A DNA stretch of 62,677 nt, counting the filler. It is 9 parts of 9 records of this genome, joined end to end, with 100 filler letters (N's around TTAATTAATTAA, not from the genome) between each part and the next. Parts side by side here need not be neighbours in the genome. Positions count along the whole stretch, not along the records: positions 27,097 to 30,465 come from SRR15195285_1353; positions 30,566 to 36,599 come from SRR15195285_1356; positions 36,700 to 45,359 come from SRR15195285_1362; 6 more parts are not named here. The stretch is one strand, 5' to 3'. Below the pieces are notes generated by a model. It was not told the DNA's origin, did not search any database, and was given only the letters and a program-made list of their open reading frames with translations. Shown in pieces: positions 26,997-40,300 of the stretch (positions within the stretch are counted from its first letter, which is position 1; each line of letters starts with the position of its first letter). The position numbers and the translations under genes were made by a program.

Positions 26997-27096
26997 NNNN
27001 NNNNNNNNNNNNNNNNNNNNNNNNNNNNNNNNNNNNNNNNTTAATTAATTAANNNNNNNNNNNNNNNNNNNNNNNNNNNNNNNNNNNNNNNNNNNN
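26997..27096. other. Artificial contig-concatenation linker 3
   Basis: 44 N + TTAATTAATTAA + 44 N. Confidence 0.97.
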
Positions 27097-29601
27097 ATGT
27101 TCTGTCGATGCTGGGCTCCTTGCCAGGAACGCAATCGACACAAGGGGTTCCATCAACGCTGTATTTACTCGTGCCAAGGACGCCACAATGTGTGCATGCA
27201 GTATGCTGCTCATTCGCCTGTTTACCTGGACCGCACTGCTCGCACGCTTCCCCTACTACGGAGACATCGTTGCCCACACACTCGTCGCAGCCAGTCAAGT
27301 CAGAATTCGGCTCGAAACCAGGCGCGCATGGCGCACATACGCCATGCGTGGACACATCAGGCGCGTCACAGTCTACACAATCTGACTTATCATCGTTTGG
27401 TCCGCGTCCTGCTGGGCACAAGTCACAACGAACGCCCTCCGGAGAAACAGTGGGACCCACACACGCAGTACAAGTTATTGAAAGCTCGTTATACATGCAC
27501 TGTTGTCCTGCTGGACATGGATTTTCGCTGCATCCTGCTGGAGGAGAATTTTCGACCAACACGCTGCAGTCAGTAGTAGGGAGCAAGTTGCTAACTCCTG
27601 TGCGCAGCACCAGACCACGGTCAACCATACGTCACTACCTAGCACTTCGATCGATTCAGAGCCAATGTGTTCTAGCTTGGCTAAGCAGTGCATCTACATA
27701 CCAATAGTCGTTCCTGTCAAACACGGCGAAAATGCTGGCGGTGTGCGCTTTCCGTCACGGAACTCAGTGTCCCTCACTGCCCAGTGTTCCAACGCCTCTA
27801 ACCAAAGAATTGCGCCGTTCCTAATGATGTGTCCCTGCACGAAATAACAAAAATGAGAGCACGATCGCTTGTCTGTTAATCTGACCAATAACGGAACACA
27901 TACATAATAGTAATCGCCCGCCGTAGGAGCAGGTGAGAGAAACTCGCTGGCAGTAATGCTCAGACGCCCCCCTTTCATATAGATTGCGCCTGCACACCGA
28001 GTGTTTCCACCTGTCAGCGATCACCAGGAAGTATGCTGTCGGGACAGTCAGTCACCATGAGGTGATCGCACCTCCTCCGCCTCCAGGCTCGGTGCAATGA
28101 GGATAGCAGACTGCGCAGCCAACAAGGGGCGTGAGCACAATGCAAGACTTTAGACAGTCGGAAGTCGAAAAAAAGCTTTGTTTCTCAAACCTGCTGCACT
28201 GTTGTCCTGGAATACGCTGCTGCTCACGGTGAGCATTGTAACACCGTTGTCCGCGGTCGGACGACAGGTCTGGTCAGTAAGGCCATTGCTGTAAGCTGTG
28301 TATTGGCAGCTTGGACCTGTTGTTCCACGCCTTTGAATTTGGCTGCATGGCGCACACTCAGCCTCGTTCCGGCAGACTCGTAGGTTGACGTCCACGCAGC
28401 GTGTCGCTGCGAGTAGCTGCAGTACGCCGCCTCGCGACGAGAATTCGTACGGCATGCACGAACCATCTGCAATAGCAGCATTGGTTCCCTCACAAGTGCG
28501 AAAAACCATGTCTTCCTGGAGGCACCCGGGGGGGATTCGTTCCACAGGTGGATTCGTTGCAGTATTGACGGCGATGAAAGCCGTTCCGTCGGCGTAATTA
28601 TCTTCAAAGTACGACCCAGTCAACTCGACGATGGAGTTTACGGTCGGATCGCCAACCAGAAAGGCTCCAGATGCAGAGCCTTCGTTGCCGATAAGCACAC
28701 AGTATTCTACCCGCAGCGTGCCGCCAGCAGCCATTGTCAACACTCCTGCTGCCACTCGCTTATAAGTCTGCCGCCCGACCTCCATGGGCGATGACACCTT
28801 CAGCTGCTCGAATCGCGACCAGGCCAGCAAGACGTCGCCGCGCTCACGCACCGTTATGAGTCCTGCGGGGGCTTCGAACTGTTTGAACACACAGTGTTCC
28901 ACAAAAAGCTTGCCCGATCGGATGGAAATTGGCGAGCCATAGGCGAACGTACTGCCGGTTGCATCCCCGCCATTGCCTGGTTCGTCGGCCACGGTCGCAG
29001 CCACAGTTGCCGTCATCGAGTCTTGCATCTCAACGTACCGCAGCGCTAAGTGCACATTTGCACCTCCAGTGACGAAGCGTCGCAAGCTCGGCAAGTATGG
29101 CTCCTGATTGGTTACATATTGTGGCCTGACACGATCTGCGTGGTTTGGCTGCAAGCTACCTACAGGGTAGCTAGTCTCCACCGGCGCACCCTGAACGAGG
29201 TGCGCTGCATCATTCGCTACCGCAATGGTCTGGTCGCTGAAGTGGGAATCATCGTCGGCGCAGCACGACGTACAGCACCCATCGTCGGCGCAGCACATGC
29301 CGCTGAGTTGTATCGCAAGATCGTATCGCAAGATCGTCAGCAGCGGAGGCACGCCTGCAGCTATGCGATCAGGAGTGTCGAGAACGAAGTTTTTCAGCAA
29401 TGGGTTCAGCGTACAGCCCGCTCGGTCGATATCGCACGGATCGCCACTGCCGTCAACTCCGTACAGGCAAGGTTCCGACCCCTGAGCGGTCGCCGTTGGG
29501 TCATGGTTGCTAGCGCGCGAGTCGATACACTGGGCATCAGCGCACTGCCAGCACCAAAGAATGATGGCGGCCAGCAGCGGTCGGCGCCACAAACCTCTCA
29601 T
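27097..29601 (-). CDS. Secreted/surface protein: pectin-lyase-like (Pmp-type FxxN/GGA) beta-helix followed by TNFR/GCC-like Cys-rich repeats (3' truncated)
   Basis: Signal peptide MRGLWRRPLLAAIILWCWQCADA; FEDNYA, GGVL and FQDNSAA-GGNTRCAGAIY motifs; repeated CxxCxPGxxPN...CxxC units running into the gap. Confidence 0.7.
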
Positions 29602-30465
29602 GCGGAGCGCGTGTGTCAGCTCTGCCAGCTCTGTCGAGGGCGAACTCGCCCAGCAGTGGGCTCAGCGTACATCCCGCTGACTGATACAGCTCACACACAG
29701 CAGCAGCAGCCAACATCGCCGCATCAGAAACCAGACCAACGCTCAGCTCCGCACTGCAAGATGCGCCAGGCGAGCCGTCCCGTACTGTGTATGACGTCGA
29801 ACGATTGCCATGTTTCTTGGATATCCCCCATACTCTCTCATGTAGTGTGGCCTCGGAGTGACTGGGGCATTGAGGATCCTGACGACAGCAATTTGACTCC
29901 ACAGAGAGCTGAAAAAGTCGCAGCACTAATCAACCGGATCCCAACTGTCAGCTCAGATGAGAGCTGGCTGAGCGCACCCAATTCGCTCAGCTGCTCAAGC
30001 TGGCTCTCAGCTGCTCATGAGCTCTCATCCGCCACCAATTAATTCCCTTCGGTCCGCACCAGCAGCGGAGCGGTGGTGGTGGCAGCGGCGGCGGCGGGGG
30101 CGGTCGTATCCTCAGTGAGCTCTTCGTACCCCGCTTGAGCCAGCTCGCGGAGCAGCTGGCTGGGGTGCAACCCAACGCGTGCCACGGACCGCAGTGAACC
30201 TGAACGTGACCGGCGGCCAACGTCCTACAGTAGGAATCCTATAGTACCGGAATTCGTGTGTACACCTACTCTACCCAGGTAGAGAGTAGTAGGATCCCGC
30301 ACACGATGCTATCCCGCGGGTACTGGGGGTTCTATTCATATACGGTAATAGCTATGAATATATAGAATTGTTGGAAAAATCTTCGAAGTTACATACCGGT
30401 ACAGCTGTACAGGCTTGTTTGGTCATAAGCCTCCGTGGGAGATGAATTCCGTCCGAATGCATCGT

Positions 30466-30565
30466 NNNNNNNNNNNNNNNNNNNNNNNNNNNNNNNNNNN
30501 NNNNNNNNNTTAATTAATTAANNNNNNNNNNNNNNNNNNNNNNNNNNNNNNNNNNNNNNNNNNNN
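30466..30565. other. Artificial contig-concatenation linker 4
   Basis: 44 N + TTAATTAATTAA + 44 N. Confidence 0.97.
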
Positions 30566-30842
30566 CCTGCCCCCCCATCTTTCCCCAGCTACCCCGCCAT
30601 CTCGCGCGCATTTGCGGAAACAAGCCGATTTTAATCTGGGCACTATGCTTGGAACCTAGGAACCACCCTCATTCATCGGTGTTTTTAACAGGGACCATGA
30701 CCAACAGGGACGTGCATGCGCGCGGCGCGCCCGCCATGCACCGGCCGCGGCGGCGCGCACTGATGATCGGCGATGCTCTGGAGAAGAGCGCGTATCGTAC
30801 GCGCGTACGTACAGCCGTACGTAGAGCTGTAGTCTGACCGGG

Positions 30843-31696
30843 ATGATCCTTGAGCACCTTGGCAAGCTGCAGGATGCCCGGATTGTGCTCGCATCAGGCT
30901 CTCCGCGCCGCCTCGAGATCCTCAACGACATCCTCAAACTGTGCGCAGAATTTCCATAGCATGTTTGTTAGTTGGTGTACACAATCATGACTGGGCATTA
31001 TACCTAGCTGTGGATCGAATTCGAGCACAGTCTCGAGCGCGCTGCTGATTGCTTGCTAACGGCATGTGCGTGCGGTGACCCAGTGGCGTGGAGCAGGTTC
31101 CGTCCACGTTTGCTGAAGATCTAGACAAGTCGCGCTTTACTCCAGCCGCATACGTGCAAGAAAATGCGCTGGTGAAAGCGAGAGAAGTCTGGGCAAAGCT
31201 GCACGCTCAGGCGGAGCTGAACCCAGGCCAGCATCGACCAGTGGATATGGTGATCGGCAGCGACACGGTGGTGTCCGTGGACGACCGCATTCTGGAAAAG
31301 CCCAAGGATGCAGACGCTGCGGTGGCGATGCTGACCAGCCTGAGCGGTCGCAGGCATCGCGTTTACTCTGGCGTCGCAATACTGCACAGATGTGCTCATG
31401 GCGCATCTGGCACACCTTTCAGGGCGCCACCAGATGCGGACGCGCCGACGTCCTTCGGTGTCGATAGCTGCTACGAACAAGCGTTTGTAGAGTGCACGGA
31501 GGTCGAGTTCGCTGAGCTGTCCGAGGCAGAGGTCGCCGCCTACGTTGCAACTGGGGAACCGTATGACAAGGCAGGTGGATATGGAATCCAAGCAGCTGCC
31601 GGTGCGTTTGTAAAGGGGATTCACGGCGACTATTACAATGTGATGGGCCTCCCCTTGCACAAGGTTGCAATGGCCATTGCGACCCTGGTGCAATAG
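30843..31696 (+). CDS. Maf-family nucleoside triphosphate pyrophosphatase (YhdE/ASMTL N-terminal-like), 2 exons
   Basis: Exon 1 30843-30940 MILEHL...IVLASGSPRRLEIL; GT-AG intron 30941-31083; exon 2 VPSTFAEDLDK, VIGSDTVV, ILEKP, LSGRRHRVYSG, GEPYDKAGGYGIQ, GDYYNVMGLP. Confidence 0.93.
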
Positions 31697-32024
31697 ATCG
31701 TACCACAGTGCGATCCCTCGCTCATCCAAGCTCATACTTTGGTTTCGGTTCGACTATCCACCAGCGACGCCGGTGTTGCATGCGTGTATCCACATGTAAG
31801 ATGCAGAATAGAGTGCAGTCGTCGGTATTTTTGTTGCATGGACACAACAGCAAGTTCTCTTGCAGCGCTTTCCAAGAAGTTGGTTGGCTTAGTTCGTTGA
31901 TGGCCTCGGAAGTAGCTCGTTGTGGATGGCCAGTAATCTTTATTGAAAAAGAGTACACCGATTATTTTGGTGTGCCACAATCATGCATGGCCTTCAGTCA
32001 GTCACGCTCAGGATGGTGGCTGTT

Positions 32025-35000
32025 CTACACGTCAAACTGTTCACGGCCGACCGGCACGCTGGCACCCGCGCGGTGAGTGCTGTACTGGCGTCCCCTTGTG
32101 GCACTAGTCGTGCTCGTAACAGTAGGCAAACGGGCACGACTATGGCCGTGGTCACGCCCAATCGTGCCGCCCCTGGGATAGCCGTGCCCAAGTTTTGCTG
32201 ACTTGCATATCGCTATCGCACGTTTGTACTCGTCCTTATCCACCATGCCCGAGCCGTCCTCATCGATCACGGCAAAAATTTGCTGCATTTCCTTGGGCTC
32301 AACATGGATTCCCAGCGCTCGGATGGCCACCTCGAGTTCATCGACATCAAACATGCCAGAACCATCGGTATCAAAAATATCGAAGGCCTCCTCGATGCTC
32401 GCCACCTCATCGGCAGTAAGCTGCACCTCCTCCACCGCTCGCTGCTTGTGGTCGCGCATCACACTAGCCAATCTTTTCCTCTGTCTTTGATCTGGAGCGG
32501 TAGATGATGCAGATGTCATTCCAACCATGGCCGCCACTGCGCCCCCGCGCCGCCATCTGGCCCGGGCGGCAGCGTTTCTGGAGCGTTGTACGTCACTATA
32601 ATCATCGTCGGTGTCGTCGGTGTCGTCGGCAATCGGGTTGATGATCGTGGCGTTGTCTGTATCTTCAATAATGCTATAGCAATGTGCTATCAGCTGTTCC
32701 CGGAGTTCTACAGCCTGGGCAATGGGATCCGGTGTCAATCCTGCCTCAACACATATACTGCGCGCTTGCTGCGTAGACAGCCGATCAAGCTGTGCCTCAT
32801 GCATATAGTAGTTCAGCAGAGCATGCTTTAGATCTTTGAGGGTTGCTGGCGACGGAACGGTGTCCAGCAGACCTGCCTCGTCAACTGCAACCTACAGGTG
32901 CGCAAGCGCGCGCAAAACACATTCGAGAACCAGGTTTGAGCGAACCAGCGACATTTTACCAAATGCACTTTGCCGGATGTGTTGGCACTAGACCAGGACT
33001 GAGCGCTGGGGAGAGAGGGGGCGGCGGGGGAGATCTTGCTTACGATGGCATCGGCCGTGCTCATGTTGTCAATCAGGTCTGCCGTCTCTACGATGTCTGT
33101 CTCAGCAGTCGTCTCTAGCTGCTCGGCTGTTGCAGGGGCGAATATGCCATGAGCTTCTATGAAAAGCTCTGCAAGTGTGTAGAACTGGTCGGGGTTGTCC
33201 TCGCACGCTTCGATGAGCTCGTTGCTCAATCTTATGGCCTCTTTTGACAGCTTTTGTGACAGATCATGCTCCTCGACAGCAGAGTCTTGTCCCAGACTAC
33301 GGCTTGAACTTCGCATTGGGCCGCTGGGTTTGTCTTCATATTTTTCCAGAAGGGCTAGCTTCTTGGTTTTTCTCTTCTCTTGCCATCGCTCATACTTCCT
33401 CACAGCTTTGTTGAACTGCTCAAATACGATAATTGTAATGAGCACGACCGTCGTGAAGATGTTGATCAGCAACAGTACCCAGCCCAGAATTTCGTTTGCG
33501 GCATCATTCGACGCGATGGCCCCACCATAACCTGCAATCCCGCCGTTCAGAGTAATTACAGTGGTTATCAAACTCAGATATTCTGCGCCATTGTGAAGCC
33601 GGGAAGAGAATGGGTTGTATCGGAACTGTAGCATCAGTGAGACATAGATTACAAAGAGAGCCACATAAGTCTGATCGAACACATTTCTTCGCAAAAACAC
33701 TGTGATGGCGACGATGAAGACTTTCCGCGCCATGACAACATTCTCCCAAAACCATTCACTCGGCTTGAAGCCGGCGTACAGAAATCCAAATTGTTGTATG
33801 TTGACACGATAATGTTTCGAGGGATCCGTTTGCCCAGACGTTGTCTGAGCAAGCTCATTGCGGCGTGAGAAAAGATACAAAAACAGCGAAAACGGTAGCC
33901 CAAACGTGAAAAGCAGCAGCGCTGCCGATGCGGCAATCTGAAATGCGGTGTGATCACTGTGCAAGCAGTCGATGGATGTGTCCAGCTCTAGACGCAGCTC
34001 GTGCTCGAACTTGGTACAGTTGAACATTTCGAGCGCTAGTTTTGCAACCGACGGATGAATCATCACCACAATAACGAGAAAAAACAGCACAGCTCTCGAC
34101 TCGTGAAAGGTTTCAACGTCTTTCACATAGGAGACCACCGGGACGACCATAGCACAAATCGGAATACAGCACGCTAAGGCAAACTCGTGGTAATAGTTAG
34201 TAGGCACCCAGCAGTCCAGAAAACTTAGCTGACTTGCAGTGGCGACTCCAGCAGAGGCAAAGAACTTGGCAACAAGCTCTGGCCACCGTAATTTAAATGC
34301 GCCTACACACCAGGTCACCTGTAAATAAGCAAAGAATAGCGGTATCATGCGTGACTTGGTTCGTCCTTCATCCGTAGACTTGCTTGCCTTCATCTTGGCA
34401 AATATCAGCAGGCCAACAACCATCATGCCTAAGCACAGCACAAGAGACGTCATCAGAAAGGATGCGCATTCGACGCACAACTTCCCATACCGTCCGAAGC
34501 CAAGTTCGCGATCACACTCGCCACATGCAATTCCATGATAGCCATGCTTGCAATCACCACGCCTCACTCCGGCACACCCCCGCTTCTCTTTATCAGCGTC
34601 ACCAACTGATGAAACATTGTTCCCACAGGTGCAACCTGCTGGATTTGTGCACGCGAACATTTGCCGTCCGATTGTCGGGGTCACCAACTCCGGCTCGAGC
34701 TGATCGGGTCTGAACGTCCAGTACCCGGCTTTGGGGACTACCTGGTCTCCCATTTCACAAATTACGCAGTCTGGGCAAGTCACACACGTATACGTGCTCG
34801 CAAGATTGGCTTCGTACGCCCTAGAGTCCCCGCCTAGGAGTACCTCGTGTTCGCACGATACAACGCCGTTTGACTTGTTGAAATGTCCAGCACCGCACAC
34901 GCATTCTGCCTCAGTCTGTGCACCACTCTGACTCGTCGTTGCACCAGGGCCATGCCTTATAGAGCAATCTTCACATTCGCTATCCAAGCTCGCCACATCT

Positions 35001-36599
35001 TTAAACTTCCCGATGTCGCAAGACTCGCAAGTGGCTCCTGCAGATCACCAGGGCAAAATCAAACTGAGTCCAGACCAGCGGGAGAGTGTACTGTCTATGT
35101 GGTCTCGCGTGCATGCAATTTTTGGACGCACCAGTCCATGCATAACCGGGGGCACACTGACACCCTGTGTGCACACGCGACGAGTATCACGTCAGCAACT
35201 CTGCGTGGTGCAGCGGACGGAGACAGAACGTACCGTGGCTCTCTGTCAACAACGGGTCTGGTATTGCCCCTTCGCCGAACTCATCGCATGCGGTGCATGC
35301 TGTTGCAGCGTAAGCTCCTAGCTCGTGGGACCATTCCACTCTCTGCTGGCCGTCTGCAGTACTAGTACCAGAATATCCAGCATCGCAGATGCAAGCAGCC
35401 ATTGGGATCCCTGGATTCGTCTATGCACAGCCACCACGAGCAAAGGCATTACCAAATGGAGCAAGGCGCAGGTCATTTGAAACAGAGCAAGGCGCAGGTC
35501 ATTTGGGGAGTGCGGCTTACCGAACGAGAGTGTTGTGGACATGTCATAAGCACGCATGCAACGCTTTGTCCTTGATATACTGCTTCCTCGGCCGGGTTGC
35601 CAGTGTGGAGGCAGACACCTGTCGTGTAGTTTTGAGCTACATACCCAGGCTCGCACCCAAGCACACAAACGGACACATTTTGTTCGCCGTTCGTCGCACA
35701 TCCGCTAATGACCACTTCATGTTCGCTGGTGTCAAGGCAGGAAGACCACTGCTCAGCGCCGCACTCTGGAAGGCTGTCACAGCTAGCAATGCCATCGCAG
35801 CTAGTGTCCTCGCCAGTTGCATCATCTCCAGCAACACGCATTGTGCCAGGTGCACATGGGATGCATTCGTGAGTGTGGACGTAGTGGTTGTTTGGACATA
35901 TGATTGCCGAGCAATTCGTAAACCCCCCAGCTGACAAGCTACCTGGCAGACACTCGCAGTCGCCAACAGATGTGCTGCCGGTAGTAAGTGTATGCGACAG
36001 CGTCGGGCAAGCTATACAACTATCTGCTGCAGAGTCAGGCTGAAAATAGTGCCTCTGGCAAAGTGTGCAGTCGCCGTCAGCAGCTGAGCGAAATGAACCT
36101 GGCAGGCATGCTGATACATCACCCACACTGTCGACAATATAGCCTGGTTGTGCTTCCACACACCGCCAATATCCAGGTCTCAACGTTGAACATGTGCTGC
36201 CGTCTTCTGCGCAGCCTTCCTGCGCAGAGCATACGGTCCTGATGCATCCTGACAAATCATACGGACCAGAAGTGGAGCAGGTTGCCTCAAATGAACCTTC
36301 GTAGTGTTCTGCACATCTGCCAATCACAAAAAGAAGCCCGCTGCTCAGGTCTAGATTTCGGTCTTCAATAATTTCGTACCCTTCTGGAACAGGAGACGGT
36401 CTTGTGCAGACGATCGGCCCGCAGCCTGAGACAGCGTACGGGCCGGAAACGGTACACACATCCGATGTTGGAGTCCCTTCGTACCCAACAGCACACATAT
36501 CAACATTAGCATCGAACATAACACCTGTAGAACGATCGAGACCGACCTCAGGTGTGACGAAACTATAGCCTGTATGTGCCGCTGGACGGAAACATACAA
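32025..36599 (-). CDS. Cys-rich ectodomain + about 9-TM TRP/Flc-like membrane domain + cytoplasmic centrin-like EF-hand pair (5' truncated, multi-exon)
   Basis: GCC/ephrin-receptor-like repeats (CTLCQRHYFQPDSAADSCIACP); TM region with FGFLYAGFKPSEWFWENVVMARKV and NPF..RLHN; phase-0 intron 33043-32892 (gtaagc...tgtag) links to the tail containing DTDGSGMFDVDE and DEDGSGMVDKDE. Confidence 0.78.
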
Positions 36600-36699
36600 N
36601 NNNNNNNNNNNNNNNNNNNNNNNNNNNNNNNNNNNNNNNNNNNTTAATTAATTAANNNNNNNNNNNNNNNNNNNNNNNNNNNNNNNNNNNNNNNNNNNN
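36600..36699. other. Artificial contig-concatenation linker 5
   Basis: 44 N + TTAATTAATTAA + 44 N. Confidence 0.97.
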
Positions 36700-37355
36700 C
36701 TTCGTTGAAGCGCGCGCGTGCCCCGTGCCACCACCTCCGCCTGCATCGCACGCCCCAGGGCATAAGCTCAGTCAGATCCCAGTACTGCCACGAGATGGAC
36801 GACAAGATGGACGAGTAGATCCAGGTTATGGTGCCGATGAGCACCAGTCTACCGCCGCCACCGCCGGCCGAGCTATCATAGCCCACGTGGGGGGTCACTC
36901 TTGCGAGGACACTTTCGCTCGGCCAGCGGCAGCAGCACAGTGTTAGCGTCAGCTGCAACCTTCAATGGCCGATGGAGGACGACGGTTCATTCCCAGAACG
37001 TTTTCTCGGGCAGGTCAGGCGAGTGCTGTCAGGACTCTCACGCTGAGATGATTGCACAGCATTGCTGGTAGTGGTGTTGCTTGCAGCCTACTTGCGGTGT
37101 AATGTTTCGTCCCTGTAGCATTTCAGTGATGGTCTAGTAGTGCAGTGACGTAGCTATAGGGAGCCCGTTGATCCACACAACAACCCAATTCAAAAGGGGC
37201 TTCTGGCGCAGATGAGGGGCCGAGGTCACGTAAGGGGCAAGCCGCACGAGGTTGTAGTGTGGGCGAGCAAAAGGACCTTATGTCCGGTGTCAGGATAGGT
37301 TTTCGTGAAAAACAAACACCAAGTCAACGCGTTCCCCACCAACACAGCTATCGTG

Positions 37356-40300
37356 TCAGTGCCCACCGCCTCGATTCTGGGCGGCGAGGCACATGTCGTA
37401 CAACTCATCGTACAACGCCATATCCACGTTTTGCACCGCCTGCAACGTAGGCTTGCAATCGCGATAGAATGCCAAGTAAGGGTCTACGCAGCTCGCAGTG
37501 CACCTTGTTGGAACACCAGTTCGGCAGTATTTTTCTGGTGTGCAGCACGCCTGTGTAATGTCCGCAAATTGCGCCGTGCATTCTTCGGCGCTTAGTGATG
37601 GCACGCCTGGTGGTGCCAGCGGTGCAGCGTTGCAGCTATCCAGGAAGATGTCCATCGTTCGCAGGCCGCGCGAGTCAACACCATCGACCTCGAGCAGATC
37701 GCGGCAATCAGCATAGAACGATATGAATTCCCCTGCGCATGTCGAGTCGCAGACGGCCGGAAGGGTGACCGTCAGACCTGGAACAGTGTTCCCGCCGACG
37801 CAAAAGGTACCCAAACTGGCGAGCCGAGCCTGGCACTCCGCGGTCTCAGTGGCAACAGCTGCAGGGTCGAGTGGGCGCGTAGTAGTGAAGCCACACGAGC
37901 CCCGGTCTTGAAAACGGACGTTTCTGATCTTCGCACCACCATCGCGGCCGCTGATGATTTCGAGCACATGCCTCCCACCCTCGACGAAGATTTTCACAGG
38001 TGCGTCTTGTCCACCATATGTCCGCCACTCAAATGATTCAGGTGAGATACAAGGCGACGTCACGCCAGCTGCTGCGTCGCAGATGCGGCCTGATGCCTCA
38101 ATGTCGCCGATGCAGCACGCAGAGTGATGGTCAGCTGATCCTGGAATCTCTCCACCGCCGAATTGCGCGCAGTACTCGCCCGAACGCACGAAGTTGTCAG
38201 CACAGTGGCCACATGCAGCTGGGCAACATACATCTCCGCCCCGGATACCGTCCACACTGGCGCAGCTTACTCCCGCTTCTTGCGTGTGCTGTACAGTCCA
38301 GCGTTGAGCTCGTTGGGGGATGTGCGACTCGTGACCACCAAGTTCGGAATGCTCGTCGACTGCAATCCAGAGATGATTGTGCCCCACCTCCGCGCTGACG
38401 TCTACCTCGAGCGTGATCTCGGACGGACCTGCAGTCACAACATGCTCGCACGTCAGTTGCGTCTGCAATACTGAAGTTGTGGGGCTTCTCTTCAAGACGG
38501 GCTACTGACCGGCACAGCTGAACTCGAATGCGACCGAACCACACACATGGCTCTCGGCAGTCGCTTGATTCGCACAGTTAAGACTCGGATCGAGCACAGC
38601 CGGATCGACCCATACTCCAGACTGGGCACCAAGACCATTCATTAGAATCGCCATCGGCGATTGTAGTGTCCCCCAAGAAGCGTCCACGGTGGCAGGCAGC
38701 AGGAGATCTGGTGCAAATCCACACGAACCACGCTGGGCCAGCTGGACTGCACGCAGCCGCGTGCCGTCCTCTCGGGCGTGAACATACAGTTTGTGGGCGC
38801 CCGGCTTCACATCAAAGTCGACCATGAAGCCACGCCACTCGACTGCACGCATTATTCGAAAGGTCAAGTAGACTTGCTCAGCTGCACAAGGATGGGTGGT
38901 GCACTTACACTCCATCGGCATCAAGCATGGAGGCTCGACTCCAGTGTCACCACACGTCGAAGAGATGACTCCACCGATACCGTCTTCGCCAGCGCAAACT
39001 CCGTTGCGACAGCGGTCGCTCTCAGCCATGTCAGCCTGTTGCTGAATTACGATGTCACGAGGACAGCAGGCCCTGCCGCCTGACCGCAGAGGTGGCACAC
39101 GATTGCTGATCTGTCCACATCCGTGCTGCTCGCACACACCACACTCTGCAGGACAACAGACATCTGCACTGACGAGCAACTCTTCTGCCCCAACGGGCAT
39201 TTGCACATCGGCAATTGTTCCCAGAATGCCACCGATGGCCTCGCACGAGACGTCTTCGACGACCTCGCAGTTTGCATGAGTACATGCATCTGTAGCCACC
39301 GCTTGCTCAGTAAATACGCTACGGAGTCAACAAAGATTGTGCTTCAGTGGTGGTACTCACGACCGGAGTCATCTGCACTGCCAATACCGATCGCTCCTCC
39401 TTCATAACCTGTTCTTGGCACGTGGAACGTGTCTACTACCCCATCGTCGACTTGGATATAAACTGCAAAGCAGCAATTTGATTAGATGCGCGCGGGTCAC
39501 AAGGCTGCTGTTCAGGCCACTTACAAGAATCATCGTTTCCGTTCGGCGCTGAAACTTCAAAAGCAAATTGAACGATATCTGGCCCACCACAAATGAATGC
39601 GAATTTGATACTCCCACACATGGCTGAGCTAGTTGTGCTGTAGTCGTTCGCAATCGTCGACACTGCCGCATCGGGATCACAGCCTGTATTTTGCAGACCG
39701 TTTGGCACATGGACGAAGTCTTCTTCGGCCACCATGGGCGCTGTAACCCTGCCACTTGATACTGTCTGCACGTCAGGGAGCCCGACCTCGTATGCAAATC
39801 CACAGGTGCCTCGCACGTCCATGCGAACGTCTCGTATCTGCAGGCCTTCCTCGCGTGTCAGGATCTTTAGAACGTGTGGGCCAGAGTCGACGTCGAACAA
39901 CCCATGGTGCTCACGCCACTCAAAAGGATCGCGGAAGACACAAGGAGGCTGCTGCTGGTCGTAGCACTCACTCCCAAATAGGTTCACCTGACCTATGCAG
40001 CATACCCTGCTCGCCCGCATGTCTAGTGGCAAGAAGCCAAAGTCAGCCGCCGCAGCAACTGCCTCAGAACGGTCCACGCAAGAGCCTTGATTTGGAAAAC
40101 ATGCCGCGGGGAGACAGATGGTGCCACTGCCATCAAGCTCGCCATGCATAGCTTCGCAAGCTGTCTCTCCGATGGTGTCGGTTCGTGGTATGTGCCAAAT
40201 TTGTGGCTCTCCGTTGTCGACCTGCACAAAAAGACTATCACTGAGATGGGTTACTGCAACAATATCGAAGCCAAACTTGATCTGCGACGGTGCCGAGCAC

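Noticed and set aside
30038-30220. Protein-like fragment on the minus strand (SQLLRELAQAGYEELTEDTT...)
   Set aside because: No start codon, clear splice acceptor or family motif; cannot be supported as a gene
36700-36960. Possible 3' end of a plus-strand gene at the contig edge
   Set aside because: Too short and the frame is ambiguous
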